A stretch of DNA of 64,000 nt. It comes from the human T2T-CHM13v2.0 reference genome, Homo sapiens. Under the pieces are notes generated by a model, which saw nothing but the letters and a program-made list of their open reading frames with translations, did no database searches and was not told the origin of the DNA. The stretch lies in assembly GCF_009914755.1 (NCBI RefSeq), contig NC_060925.1. One strand, written 5' to 3'. Within the stretch, counting starts at the first letter, position 1, and each line of letters starts with the position of its first letter. Below are positions 12,060 to 28,200 of the stretch, piece after piece. The position numbers and the translations under genes are program-made.

Positions 12060-15000
12060 GAATGGAATCGAATAGAATTATGGAATGAAATCCAGTGTGA
12101 TCATCATCGAATGGACCCGAATGGAATCATCATCCAACGGAAGCTAATGGAATCAACATCGAATGAATCGAATGGAAACACCATCGAATTGAAACGAATG
12201 GAATTACCATGAAATTGAAATGGATGGACTCATCATCGAATGGATTCGAATGGAATCATCGAATAAAATTGATTGAAATCATCATCGAAAGGAATCGAAT
12301 GGTATCATTGAATGGAATCGAATGGAATCATCATCAGATGGAAATGAATGGAATCGTCATAGAATGGGATCGAATGGATTCATTGAATGGAATCAGATGG
12401 AATCATCGAATGGACTGGAATGGAATCATTGAATGGACTCGAAAGGGATCATTATTGAATGGAATTGAATGGAATCATCGAATGGTCTCGATTGGAATCA
12501 TTATCAAATGGAATCGAATGGAATCACCGAATAGAATCGAATGGAACAATCATCGAATGGACTCAAATGGAATTATCCTCAAATGGAATCGAATGGAATT
12601 ATCGAATGCAATCGAATGGAATTATCGAATGCAATCGAATAGAATCATCGAATGGACTCGAATGGAATCATCGAATGGAGTGGAATGGAACAGTCAATGA
12701 ACTCGAATGGAATCATCATTGAATGGAATCGAATGGAATCATCGAGTGGAATCGAATGGAATTATGATCAAATGGAATCGAATGTAATCATCATCAAATG
12801 GAATCAAAAATAACCATCATCAATTGGTATTGAATGGAATTGTCATCAAATGGAATTTAAAGGAATCATCATCAAATGGAACCGAATGGAATCCTCATTG
12901 AATGGAAATGAAAGGGGTCATCATGTAATGGAATCGCATGGAATCATCATCAAATGGAATCGAATGGAATCATCATCAAATGGAATCTAATGGAATCATT
13001 GAAAGAATTGAATGGAATCATCATCGAATGAATTGAATGCAATCATCGAATGGTCTCGAATGGAATCATCTTCTAATGGAAAGGAATGGAATCATCGCAT
13101 AGAATCGAATGGAATTATCATCGAATGGAATCGAATGGTATCAACTCCAAACGGAAAAAAACGGAATTATCGAATGGAATCGAAGAGAATCATCGAATGG
13201 ACCCGAATGGAATCATCTAATGGAATGGAATGGAATAATCCATGGACTCGAATGCAATCATCATCGAATGCAATCGAATGGAATCATCGAATGGACTCGA
13301 ATGGAATAATCATTGAAAGGAATCGAATGGAATCATCATCGGATGGAAACGAATGGAATCATCATCGAATGGAATCGAATAGAATTATGGAATGAAATCC
13401 AGTGTGATCATCATCGAATGGACCCGAATGGAATCATCATCCAACGGAAGCTAATGGAATCAACATCGAATGAATCAAATGGAAACACCATCGAATTGAA
13501 ACGAATGGAATTACCATGAAATTGAAATGGATGGACTCATCATCAAATGGATTCGAATGGAATCATCGAATAAAATTGATTGAAATCATCATCGAATGGA
13601 ATCGAATGGTATCATTGAATGGAATCGAATGGAATCATCATCAGATGGAAATGAATGGAATCGTCATAGAATGGAATCGAATGGATTCATTGAATGGAAT
13701 CAGATGGAATCATTGAATGGACTGGAATGGAATCATTGAATGGACTCGAAAGGGATCATGATTGAATGGAATTGAATGGAATCATCGAATGGTCTCGATT
13801 GGAATCATTATCAAATGGAATCGAATGGAATCACTGAATAGAATCGAATGGAACAATCATCGAATGGACTCAAATGGAATTATCCTCCAATGGAATCGAA
13901 TGGAATTATCGAATGCAATCGAATGGAATTATCGAATGCAATCGAATAAAATCATCGAATGGACTCGAATGGAATCATCGAATGGAATGGAATGGAACAG
14001 TCAATGAACTCGAATGGAATCATCATTGAATGGAATCATCGAGTGGAATCGAAAGGAATTATGATCAAATGGAATCGAACGTAATCATCATCAAATGGAA
14101 TCAAAAATAACCATCATCAATTGGTATTGAATGGAATTGTCATCAAATGGAATTCATAGGAATCATCATCAAATGGAACCGAATGGAATCCTCATTGAAT
14201 GGAAATGAAAGGGGTCATCATCTAATGGAATCGCATGGAATCATCATCAAATGGAATCGAATGGAATCATCATCAAATGGAATCTAATGGAATCATTGAA
14301 AAGAATTGAATGGAATCGTCATCGAATGAATTTAATGCAATCATCGAATGGTCTCGAATGGAATCATCTTCTAATGGAAAGGACTGGAATCATCGCATAG
14401 AATCGAATGGAATTATCATCGAATGGAATCGAATGGTATCAACACCAAACGGAAAAAAACGGAATTATCGAATGGAATCGAAGAGAATCTTCGAACGGAC
14501 CCGAATGGAATCATCTAATGGAATGGAATGGAATAATCCATGGACTCGAATGCAATCATCATCGAATGGAATCGAATGGAATCATCGAATGGACTCGAAT
14601 GGAATAATCATTGAAAGGAATCGAATGGAATCATCATCGGATGGAAACGAATGGAATCATCATCGAATGGAAATGAAAGGAGTCATCATCTAATGGAATT
14701 GCATGGAATCATCATAAAATGGAATCGAATGGAATCAACATCAAATGGAATCAAATGGAATCATTGAACGGAATTGAATGGAATCGTCATCGAATGAATT
14801 GAATGCAATCATCGAATGGTCTCGAATGGAATCATCTTCAAATGGAATGGAGTGGAATCATCGCATAGAATCGAATGGAATTATCATCGAATGGAATCGA
14901 ATGGAATCAACATCAAACGGAAAAAAACGGAATTATCGAATGGAATCGAAGAGAATCATCGAATGGACCCGAATGGAATCATCTAATGGAATGGAATGGA

Positions 15001-16114
15001 ATAATCCATGGACTCGAATGCAATCATCATCGAATGGAATCGAATGGAATCATCGAATGGACTCGAATGGAATAATCATTGAACGGAATCGAATGGAATC
15101 ATCATCGGATGGAAATGAATGGAATCATCATCGAATGGAATCGAATAGAATTATGGAATGAAATCCAGTGTGATCATGATCGAATGGACCCGAATGGAAT
15201 CATCATCCAACGGAAGCTAATGGAATCAACATCGAATGAATCGAATGGAAACACCATCGAATTGAAACGAATGGAATTATCATGAAATTGAAATGGATGG
15301 ACTCATCATCGAATGGATTCGAATGGAATCATCGAATAAAATTGATTGAAATCATCATCGAATGGTATCGAATGGTATCATTGAATGGAATCGAATGGAA
15401 TCATCATCAGATGGAAATGAATGGAATCGTCATAGAATGGAATCGAATGGATTCATTGAATGGAATCAGATGGAATCATCGAATGGACTGGAATGGAATC
15501 ATTGAATGGACTCGAAAGGGATCATTATTGAATGGAATTGAATGGAATCATTGAATGGTCTCGATTGGAATCATTATCAAATGGAATCGAATGGAATCAC
15601 CGAATAGAATCGAATGGAACAATCATCGAATGGACTCAAATGGAATTATCCTCAAATGGAATCGAATGGAATTATCGAATGCAATCGAATGGAATTATCG
15701 AATGCAATCGAATAGAATCATCGAATGGACTCGAATGGAATCATCGAATGGAATGGAATGGAACAGTCAATGAACTCGAATGGAATCATCATTGAATGGA
15801 ATCGAATGGAATCATCGAGTGGAATCGAATGGAATTATGATCAAATGGAATCGAATGTAATCATCATCAAATGGAATCAAAAATAACCATCATCAATTGG
15901 TATTGAATGGAAATGTCATCAAATGGAATTCAAAGGAATCATCATCAAATGGAACTGAATGGAATCCTCATTGAATGGAAATGAAAGGGGTCATCATCTA
16001 ATGGAATCGCATGGAATCATCATCAAATGGAATCGAATGGAATCATCATCAAATGGAATCTGATGGAATCATTGAACAGAATTGAATGGAATCGTCATCG
16101 AATGAATTGAATGC

Positions 16115-16408
16115 AATCATCGAATGGTCTCGAATGTAATCACATTCTAATGGAAAGGAATGGAATCATCGCATAGAATCGAATGGAATTAACATTGAAT
16201 GGACTCGAATGGAATCAACATCAAACGGAATCAAGCGGAATTATCGAATGGAATCGAAGAGAATCATCGAATGGTCTCGAATGGAATCATCTTCTAATGG
16301 AAAGGAATGGAATCATCGCATAGAATCGAATGGAATTAACATTGAATGGACTCGAATGGAATCAACATCAAATGGAATCAAGCGGAATTATCGAATGAAA
16401 TCGAAGAG
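16115..16408 (+). repeat. 147 bp tandem duplication inside the first module (defines the 1922-1927 bp unit variant; 8 copies in the window)
   Basis: AATCATCGAATGGTCTCGAATG occurs at 16115 and 16262. The same structure is at about 24684, 33257, 36488, 38410, 47959, 51658 and 55357. Confidence 0.9.
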
Positions 16409-19299
16409 AATCATCGAATGGACTCGAATGGAATCATCTAATGGAATGGAATGGAATAATCCACGGACTCGAATGCAATAATCATCGTTTAGTATCGAAT
16501 GGAATCATCGAAAGGACTCGAATGGAATAACCATTGAACGGAGTCGAATGGAATCATCATCGAATGGAAACGAATGGAATCATCATCGAATGGAAATGAA
16601 AGGAGTCATCATCTAATGGAATTGCATGGAATCATCATAAAATGGAATCGAATGGAATCATCATCAAATGGAATCAAATGGAATCATTGAACGGAATTGA
16701 ATGGAATCGTCATCGAATGAATTGAATGCAATCATCGAATGGTCTCGAATGGAATCATCTTCAAATGGAATGGAATGGAATCATCGCATAGAATCGAATG
16801 GAATTATCATCGAATGGAATCGAATGGTATCAACATCAAACGGAAAAAAACGGAATTATCGAATGGAATCGAAGAGAATCTTCGAACGGACCCGAATGGA
16901 ATCATCTAATGGAATGGAATGGAATAATCCATGGACCCGAATGCAATCATCATCGAATGGAATCGAATGGAATCATTGAAAGGACTCGAATGGAATAACC
17001 ATTGAACGGAATCGAATGGAATCATCATCGGATGGAAATGAATGGAATCATCATCGAATGGAATCGAATAGAATTAAGGAATGAAATCCAGTGTGATCAT
17101 CATCGAATGGACCCGAATGGAATCATCATCCAACGGAAGCTAATGGAATCAACATCGAATGAATCGAATGGAAACACCATCGAATTGAAACGAATGGAAT
17201 TACCATGAAATTGAAATGGATGGACTCATCATCGAATGGATTCGAATGGAATCATCGAATAAAATTGATTGAAATCATCATCGAATGGAATCGAATGGTA
17301 TCATTGAATGGAATCGAATGGAATCATCATCAGATGGAAATGAATGGAATCGTCATAGAATGGAATCGAATGGATTCATTGAATGGAATCAGATGGAATC
17401 ATCGAATGGACTGGAATGGAATCATTGAATGGACTCGAAAGGGATCATTATTGAATGGAATTGAATGGAATCATCGAATGGTCTCGATTGGAATCATTAT
17501 CAAATGGAATCGAATGGAATCACCGAATAGAATCGAATGGAACAATCATCGAATGGACTCAAATGGAATTATCCTCAAATGGAATCGAATGGAAATATCG
17601 AATGGAATTATCGAATGCAATCGAATGGAATTATCGAATGCAATCGAATAGAATCATCGAATGGACTCGAATGGAATCATCGAATGGAATGGAATGGAAC
17701 AGTCAATGAACTCGAATGGAATCATCATTGAATGGAATCGAATGGAATCATCGAGTGGAATCGAATGGAATTATGATCAAATGGAATCGAATGTAATCAT
17801 CATCAAATGGAATCAAAAATAACCATCATCAATTGGTATTGAATGGAATTGTCATCAAATGGAATTTAAAGGAATCATCATCAAATGGAACCGAATGGAA
17901 TCCTCATTGAATGGAAATGAAAGGGGTCATCATCTAATGGAATCGCATGGAATCATCATCAAATGGAATCGAATGGAATCATCATCAAATGGAATCCAAT
18001 GGAATCATTGAAAGAATTGAATGGAATGGTCATCGAATGAATTGAATGCAATCATCGAATGGTCTCGAATGCAATCATCTTCTAATGGAAAGGAATGGAA
18101 TCATCGCATAGAATCGAATGGAATTATCATCGAATGGAATCGAATGGTATCAACACCAAACGGAAAAAAACGGAATTATCGAATGGAATCGAAGAGAATC
18201 TTCGAACGGACCCGAATGGAATCATCTAATGGAATGGAATGGAATAATCCATGGACTCGAATGCAATCATCATCGAATGGAATCGAATGGAATCATCGAA
18301 TGGACTCGAATGGAATAATCATTGAACGGAATCGAATGGAATCATCATCGGATGGAAACGAATGGAATCATCATCGAATGGAAATGAAAGGAGTCATCAT
18401 CTAATGGAATTGCATGGAATCATCATCAAATGGAATCGAATGGAATCAACATCAAATGGAATCAAATGGAATCATTGAACGGAATTGAATGGAATCGTCA
18501 TCGAATGAATTGAATGCAATCATCGAATGGTCTCGAATGGAATCATCTTCAAATGGAATGGAATGGAATCATCGCATAGAATCGAATGGAATTATCATCG
18601 AATGGAATCGAATGGAATCAACATCAAACGGAAAAAAACGGAATTATCGAATGGAATCGAAGAGAATCATCGAATGGACCCGAATGGAATCATCTAATGG
18701 AATGGAATGGAATAATCCATGGACTCGAATGCAATCATCATCGAATGGAATCGAATGGAATCATTGAAAGGACTCGAATGGAATAACCATTGAACAGAAT
18801 CGAATGGAATCATCATCGGATGGAAATGAATGGAATCATCATCGAATGGAATCGAATAGAATTATGGAATGAAATCCAGTGTGATCATCATCGAATGGAC
18901 CCGAATGGAATCATCATCCAACGGAAGCTAATGGAATCAACATCGAATGAATCGAATGGAAACACCATCGAATTTAAACGAATGGAATTATCATGAAATT
19001 GAAATGGATGGACTCATCATCGAATGGATTCGAATGGAATCATCGAATAAAATTGATTGAAATCATCATCGAATGGAATCGAATGGTATCATTGAATGGA
19101 ATCGAATGGAATCATCATCAGATGGAAATGAATGGAATCGTCATAGAATGGAATCGAATGGATTCATTGAATGGAATCAGATGGAATCATCGAATGGACT
19201 GGAATGGAATCATTGAATGGACTCGAAAGGGATCATTATTGAATGGAATTGAATGGAATCATCGAATGGTCTCGATTGGAATCATTATCAAATGGAATC

Positions 19300-22250
19300 G
19301 AATGGAATCACCGAATAGAATCGAATGGAACAATCATCGAATGGACTCCAATGGAATTATCCTCAAATGGAATCGAATGGAATTATCGAATGCAATCGAA
19401 TGGAATTCTCGAATGCAATCGAATAGAATCATCGAATGGACTCGAATGGAATCATCGAATGGAATGGAATGGAACAGTCAATGAACTCGAATGGAATCAT
19501 CATTGAATGGAATCGAATGGAATCATCGAGTGGAATCGAATGGAATTATGATCAAATGGAATCGAATGTAATCATCATCAAATGGAATCAAAAATAACCA
19601 TCATCAATTGGTATTGAATGGAATTGTCATCAAATGGAATTTAAAGGAATCATCATCAAATGGAACCGAATGGAATCCTCATTGAATGGAAATGAAAGGG
19701 GTCATCATCTAATGGAATCGCATGGAATCATCATCAAATGGAATCGAATGGAATCATCATCAAATGGAATCTAATGGAATCATTGAAAGAATTGAATGGA
19801 ATCATCATCGAATTAATTGAATGCAATCATCGAATGGTCTCGAATGGAATCATCTTCTAATGGAAAGGAATGGAATCATCGCATAGAATCGAATGGAATT
19901 ATCATCGAATGGAATCGAATGGTATCAACACCAAACGGAAAAAAACGGAATTATCGAATGGAATCGAAGAGAATCTTCGAACGGACCCGAATGGAATCAT
20001 CTAATGGAATGGAATGGAATAATCCATGGACTCGAATGCAATCATCATCGAATGGAATCGAATGGAATCATCCAATGGACTCGAATGGAATAATCATTGA
20101 ACGGAATCGAATGGAATCATCATCGGATGGAAACGAATGGAATCATCATCGAATGGAAATGAAAGGAGTCATCATCTAATGGAATTGCATGGAATCATCA
20201 TCAAATGGAATCGAATGGAATCAACATCAAATGGAATCAAATGGAATCATTGAACGGAATTGAATGGAATCGTCATCGAATGAATTGAATGCAATCATCG
20301 AATGGTCTCGAATGGAATCATCTTCAAATGGAATGGAATGGAATCATCGCATAGAATCGAATGGAATTATCATCGAATGGAATCGAATGGAATCAACATC
20401 AAACGGAAAAAAACGGAATTATCGAATGGAATCGAAGAGAATCATCGAATGGACCCGAATGGAATCATCTAATGGAATGGAATGGAATAATCCATGGACT
20501 CGAATGCAATCATCATCGAATGGAATCGAATGGAATCATCGAAAGGACTCGAATGGAATAACCATTGAACGGAATCGAATGGAATCATCATCGGATGGAA
20601 ATGAATGGAATCATCATCGAATGGAATCGAATAGAATTATGGAATGAAATCCAGTGTGATCATCATCGAATGGACCCGAATGGAATCATCATCCAACGGA
20701 AGCTAATGGAATCAACATCGAATGAATCGAATGGAAACACCATCGAATTGAAACGAATGGAATTATCATGAAATTGAAATGGATGGACTCATCATCGAAT
20801 GGATTCGAGTGGAATCATCGAATAAAATTGATTGAAATCATCATCGAATGGAATCGAATGGTATCATTGAATGGAATCGAATGGAATCATCATCAGATGG
20901 AAATGAATGGAATCGTCATAGAATGGAATCGAATGGATTCATTGAATGGAATCAGATGGAATCATTGAATGGACTGGAATGGAATCATTGAATGGACTCG
21001 AAAGGGATCATTATTGAATGGAATTGAATGGAATCATCGAATGGTCTCGATTGGAATCATTATCAAATGGAATCGAATGGAATCACCGAATAGAATCGAA
21101 TGGAACAATCATCGAATGGACTCCAATGGAATTATCCTCAAATGGAATCGAATGGAATTATCGAATGCAATCGAATGGAATTCTCGAATGCAATCGAATA
21201 GAATCATCGAATGGACTCGAATGGAATCATCGAATGGAATGGAATGGAACAGTCAATGAACTCGAATGGAATCATCATTGAATGGAATCGAATGGAATCA
21301 TCGAGTGGAATCGAATGGAATTATGATCAAATGGAATCGAATGTAATCATCATCAAATGGAATCAAAAATAACCATCATCAATTGGTATTGAATGGAATT
21401 GTCATCAAATGGAATTTAAAGGAATCATCATCAAATGGAACCGAATGGAATCCTCATTGAATGGAAATGAAAGGGGTCATCATCTAATGGAATCGCATGG
21501 AATCATCATCAAATGGAATCGAATGGAATCATCATCAAATGGAATCTAATGGAATCATTGAAAGAATTGAATGGAATCATCATCGAATTAATTGAATGCA
21601 ATCATCGAATGGTCTCGAATGGAATCATCTTCTAATGGAAAGGAATGGAATCATCGCATAGAATCGAATGGAATTATCATCGAATGGAATCGAATGGTAT
21701 CAACACCAAACGGAAAAAAACGGAATTATCGAATGGAATCGAAGAGAATCTTCGAACGGACCCGAATGGAATCATCTAATGGAATGGAATGGAATAATCC
21801 ATGGACTCGAATGCAATCATCATCGAATGGAATCGAATGGAATCATCCAATGGACTCGAATGGAATAATCATTGAACGGAATCGAATGGAATCATCATCG
21901 GATGGAAACGAATGGAATCATCATCGAATGGAAATGAAAGGAGTCATCATCTAATGGAATTGCATGGAATCATCATCAAATGGAATCGAATGGAATCAAC
22001 ATCAAATGGAATCAAATGGAATCATTGAACGGAATTGAATGGAATCGTCATCGAATGAATTGAATGCAATCATCGAATGGTGTCGAATGGAATCATCTTC
22101 AAATGGAATGGAATGGAATCATCGCATAGAATCGAATGGAATTATCATCGAATGGAATCGAATGGAATCAACATCAAACGGAAAAAAACGGAATTATCGA
22201 ATGGAATCGAAGAGAATCATCGAATGGACCCGAATGGAATCATCTAATGG
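19300..22250 (+). repeat. Recent tandem duplication at 1775 bp period
   Basis: Shared rare variants lie 1775 apart: AATTAATTGA (19811/21586), GGACTCCAATGG, GGAATTCTCGAATGC and ATCATCCAATGGAC. Confidence 0.8.
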
Positions 22251-25200
22251 AATGGAATGGAATAATCCATGGACTCGAATGCAATCATCATCGAATGCAA
22301 TCGAATGGAATCATCGAATGGACTCGAATGGAATAATCATTGAACGGAATCGAATGGAATCATCATCGGATGGAAACGAATGGAATCATCATCGAATGGA
22401 ATCGAATAGAATTATGGAATGAAATCCAGTGTGATCATCATCGAATGGACCCGAATGGAATCATCATCCAACGGAAGCTAATGGAATCAACATCGAATGA
22501 ATCGAAAGGAAACACCATCGAATTGAAACGAATGGAATTACCATGAAATTGAAATGGATGGACTCATCATCAAATGGATTCGAGTGGAATCATCGAATAA
22601 AATTGATTGAAATCATCATCGAATGGTATCGAATGGTATCATTGAATGGAATCGAATGGAATCATCATCAGATGGAAATGAATGGAATCGTCATAGAATG
22701 GGATCGAATGGATTCATTGAATGGAATCAGATGGAATCATTGAATGGACTGGAATGGAATCATTGAATGGCCTCGAAAGGGATCATTATTGAATGGAATT
22801 GAATGGAATCATCGAATGGTCTCGATAGGAATCATTATCAAATGGAATCGAATGGAATCACCGAATAGAATCGAATGGAACAATCATCGAATGGACTCAA
22901 ATGGAATTATCCTCTAATGGAATCGAATGGAATTATCGAATGTAATCGAATGGAATTATCGAATGCAATCGAATAGAATCATCGAATGGACTCGAATGGA
23001 ATCATCGAATGGAATGGAATGGAACAGTCAATGAACTCGAATGGAATCATCATTGAATGGAATCAAATGGAATCATCGAGTGGAATCGAATGTAATCATC
23101 ATCAAATGGAATCAAAAATAACCATCATCAAATGGAATCAAAAATAACCATCATCAATTGGTGTTGAATGGAATTCTCATCAAATGGAATTCAAAGAAAT
23201 CATCATCAAATGGAACCGAATGGAATCCTCATTGAATGGAAATGAAAGGGGTCATCATCTAATGGAATCGCATGGAATCATCATAAAATGGAATCGAATG
23301 GAATCAACATCAAATGGAATCAAATGGAATCATTGAACGGAATTGAATGGAATCGTCATCGAAAGAATTGAATGCAATCATCGAATGGTCTCGAATGGAA
23401 TCATCTTCAAATGGAATGGAATGGAATCATCGCATAGAATCGAAAGGAATTATCATCGAATGGAATCGAATGGAATCAACACCAAACGGAAAAAAACGGA
23501 ATTATCGAATGGAATCGAAGAGAATCATCGAATGGACCCGAATGGAATCATCTAATGGAATGGAATGGAATAATCCATGGACTCGAATGCAATCATCATC
23601 GAATGCAATCGAATGGAATCATCGAATGGACTCGAATGGAATAATCATTGAACGGAATCGAATGGAATCATCATCGGATGGAAACGAATGGAATCATCAT
23701 CGAATGGAATCGAATAGAATTATGGAATGAAATCCAGTGTGATCATCATCGAATGGACCCGAATGGAATCATCATCCAACGGAAGCTAATGGAATCAACA
23801 TCGAATGAATCGAAAGGAAACACCATCGAATTGAAACGAATGGAATTACCATGAAATTGAAATGGATGGACTCATCATCAAATGGATTCGTATGGAATCA
23901 TCGAATAAAATTGATTGAAATCATCATCGAATGGAATCGAATGGTATCATTGAATGGAATCGAATGGAATCATCATCAGATGGAAATGAATGGAATCGTC
24001 ATAGAATGGGATCGAATGGATTCATTGAATGGAATCAGATGGAATCATTGAATGGACTGGAATGGAATCATTGAATGGACTCGAAAGGGATCATTATTGA
24101 ATGGAATTGAATGGAATCATCGAATGGTCTCGATAGGAATCATTATCAAATGGAATCGAATGGAATCACCGAATAGAATCGAATGGAACAATCATCGAAT
24201 GGACTCAAATGGAATTATCCTCTAATGGAATCGAATGGAATTATCGAATGTAATCGAATGGAATTATCGAATGCAATCGAATAGAATCATCGAATGGACT
24301 CGAATGGAATCATCGAATGGAATGGAATGGAACAGTCAATGAACTCGAATGGAATCATCATTGAATGGAATCGAATGGAATCATCGAGTGGAATCGAATG
24401 GAATTATGATCAAATGGAATCGAATGTAATCATCATCAAATGGAATCAAAAATAACCATCATCAATTGGTATTGAATGGAAATGTCATCAAATGGAATTC
24501 AAAGGAATCATCATCAAATGGAACTGAATGGAATCCTCATTGAATGGAAATGAAAGGGGTCATCATCTAATGGAATCGCATGGAATCATCATCAAATGGA
24601 ATCGAATGGAATCATCATCAAATGGAATCTGATGGAATCATTGAACAGAATTGAATGGAATCGTCATCGAATGAATTGAATGCAATCATCGAATGGTCTC
24701 GAATGTAATCACATTCTAATGGAAAGGAATGGAATCATCGCATAGAATCGAATGGAATTAACATTGAATGGACTCGAATGGAATCAACATCAAACGGAAT
24801 CAAGCGGAATTATCGAATGGAATCAAAGAGAATCATCGAATGGTCTCGAATGGAATCATCTTCTAATGGAAAGGAATGGAATCATCGCATAGAATCGAAT
24901 GGAATTAACATTGAATGGACTCGAATGGAATCAACATCAAATGGAATCAAGCGGAATTATCGAATGAAATCGAAGAGAATCATCGAATGGACTCGAATGG
25001 AATCATCTAATGGAATGGAATGGAATAATCCACGGACTCGAATGCAATAATCATCGTTTAGTATCGAATGGAATCATCGAAAGGACTCGAATGGAATAAC
25101 CATTGAACGGAATCGAATGGAATCATCATCGGATGGAAACGAATGGAATCATCATCGAATGGAAATGAAAGGAGTCATCATCTAATGGAATTGCATGGAA

Positions 25201-28200
25201 TCATCATAAAATGGAATCGAATGGAATCATCATCAAATGGAATCAAATGGAATCATTGAACGGAATTGAATGGAATCGTCATCGAATGAATTGAATGCAA
25301 TCATCGAATGGTCTCGAATGGAATCATCTTCAAATGGAATGGAATGGAATCATCGCATAGAATCGAATGGAATTATCATCGAATGGAATCGAATGGTATC
25401 AACATCAAACGGAAAAAAACGGAATTATCGAATGGAATCAAAGAGAATCTTCGAACGGACCCGAATGGAATCATCTAATGGAATGGAATGGAATAATCCA
25501 TGGACCCGAATGCAATCATCATCGAATGGAATCGAATGGAATCATTGAAAGGACTCGAATGGAATAACCATTGAACGGAATCGAATGGAATCATCATCGG
25601 ATGGAAATGAATGGAATCATCATCGAATGGAATCGAATAGAATTAAGGAATGAAATCCAGTGTGATCATCATCGAATGGACCCGAATGGAATCATCATCC
25701 AACGGAAGCTAATGGAATCAACATCGAATGAATCGAATGGAAACACCATCGAATTGAAACGAATGGAATACCATGAAATTGAAATGGATGGACTCATCAT
25801 CGAATGGATTCGAATGGAATCATCGAATAAAATTGATTGAAATCATCATCGAATGGAATCGAATGGTATCATTGAATGGAATCGAATGGAATCATCATCA
25901 GATGGAAATGAATGGAATCGTCATAGAATGGAATCGAATGGATTCATTGAATGGAATCAGATGGAATCATCGAATGGACTGGAATGGAATCATTGAATGG
26001 ACTCGAAAGGGATCATTATTGAATGGAATTGAATGGAATCATCGAATGGTCTCGATTGGAATCATTATCAAATGGAATCGAATGGAATCACCGAATAGAA
26101 TCGAATGGAACAATCATCGAATGGACTCAAATGGAATTATCCTCAAATGGAATCGAATGGAAATATCGAATGGAATTATCGAATGCAATCGAATGGAATT
26201 ATCGAATGCAATCGAATAGAATCATCGAATGGACTCGAATGGAATCATCGAATGGAATGGAATGGAATGGAACAGTCAATGAACTCGAATGGAATCATCA
26301 TTGAATGGAATCGAATGGAATCATCGAGTGGAATCGAATGGAATTATGATCAAATGGAATCGAATGTAATCATCATCAAATGGAATCAAAAATAACCATC
26401 ATCAATTGGTATTGAATGGAATTGTCATCAAATGGAATTTAAAGGAATCATCATCAAATGGAACCGAATGGAATCCTCATTGAATGGAAATGAAAGGGGT
26501 CATCATCTAATGGAATCGCATGGAATCATCATCAAATGGAATCGAATGGAATCATCATCAAATGGAATCCAATGGAATCATTGAAAGAATTGAATGGAAT
26601 GGTCATCGAATGAATTGAATGCAATCATCGAATGGTCTCGAATGGAATCATCTTCTAATGGAAAGGAATGGAATCATCGCATAGAATCGAATGGAATTAT
26701 CATCGAATGGAATCGAATGGTATCAACACCAAACGGAAAAAAACGGAATTATCGAATGGAATCGAAGAGAATCTTCGAACGGACCCGAATGGAATCATCT
26801 AATGGAATGGAATGGAATAATCCATGGACTCGAATGCAATCATCATCGAATGGAATCGAATGGAATCATCGAATGGACTCGAATGGAATAATCATTGAAC
26901 GGAATCGAATGGAATCATCATCGGATGGAAACGAATGGAATCATCATCGAATGGAAATGAAAGGAGTCATCATCTAATGGAATTGCATGGAATCATCATC
27001 AAATGGAATCGAATGGAATCAACATCAAATGGAATCAAATGGAATCATTGAACGGAATTGAATGGAATCGTCATCGAATGAATTGAATGCAATCATCGAA
27101 TGGTCTCGAAAGGAATCATCTTCAAATGGAATGGAATGGAATCATCGCATAGAATCGAATGGAATTATCATCGAATGGAATCGAATGGAATCAACATCAA
27201 ACGGAAAAAAACGGAATTATCGAATGGAATCGAAGAGAATCATCGAATGGACCCGAATGGAATCATCTAATGGAATGGAATGGAATAATCCATGGACTCG
27301 AATGCAATCATCATCGAATGGAATCGAATGGAATCATCGAATGGACTCGAATGGAATAATCATGGAACGGAATCGAATGGAATCATCATCGGATGGAAAT
27401 GAATGGAATCATCATCGAATGGAATCGAATAGAATTATGGAATGAAATCCAGTGTGATCATCATCGAATGGACCCGAATGGAATCATCATCCAACGGAAG
27501 CTAATGGAATCAACATCGAATGAATCGAATGGAAACACCATCGAATTGAAACGAATGGATTTACCATGAAATTGAAATGGATGGACTCATCATCGAATGG
27601 ATTCGAGTGGAATCATCGAATAAAATTGATTGAAATCATCATCGAATGTTATCGAATGGTATCATTGAATGGAATCGAATGGAATCATCATCAGATGGAA
27701 ATGAAAGGAATCGTCATAGAATGGAATCGAATGGATTCATTGAATGGAATCAGATGGAATCTTCGAATGGACTGGAATGGAATCATTGAATGGACTCGAA
27801 AGGGATCATTATTGAATGGAATTGAATGGAATCATCGAATGGTCTCGATTGGAATCATTATCAAATGGAATCGAATGGAATCACCGAATAGAATCGAATG
27901 GAACAATCATCGAATGGACTCCAATGGAATTATCCTCAAATGGAATCGAATGGAATTATCGAATGCAATCGAATGGAATTCTCGAATGCAATCGAATAGA
28001 ATCATCGAATGGACTCGAATGGAATCATCGAATGGAATGGAATGGAACAGTCAATGAACTCGAATGGAATCATCATTGAATGGAATCGAATGGAATCATC
28101 GAGGGGAATCGAATGGAATTATGATCAAATGGAATCGAATGTAATCATCATCAAATGGAATCAAAAATAACCATCATCAATTGGTATTGAATGGAATTGT

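Noticed and set aside
16115-16408. 147 bp duplication equals nucleosome core DNA length
   Set aside because: It is adequately explained by internal near-repeats 147 bp apart (3x49). The sequence gives no evidence for a chromatin cause.
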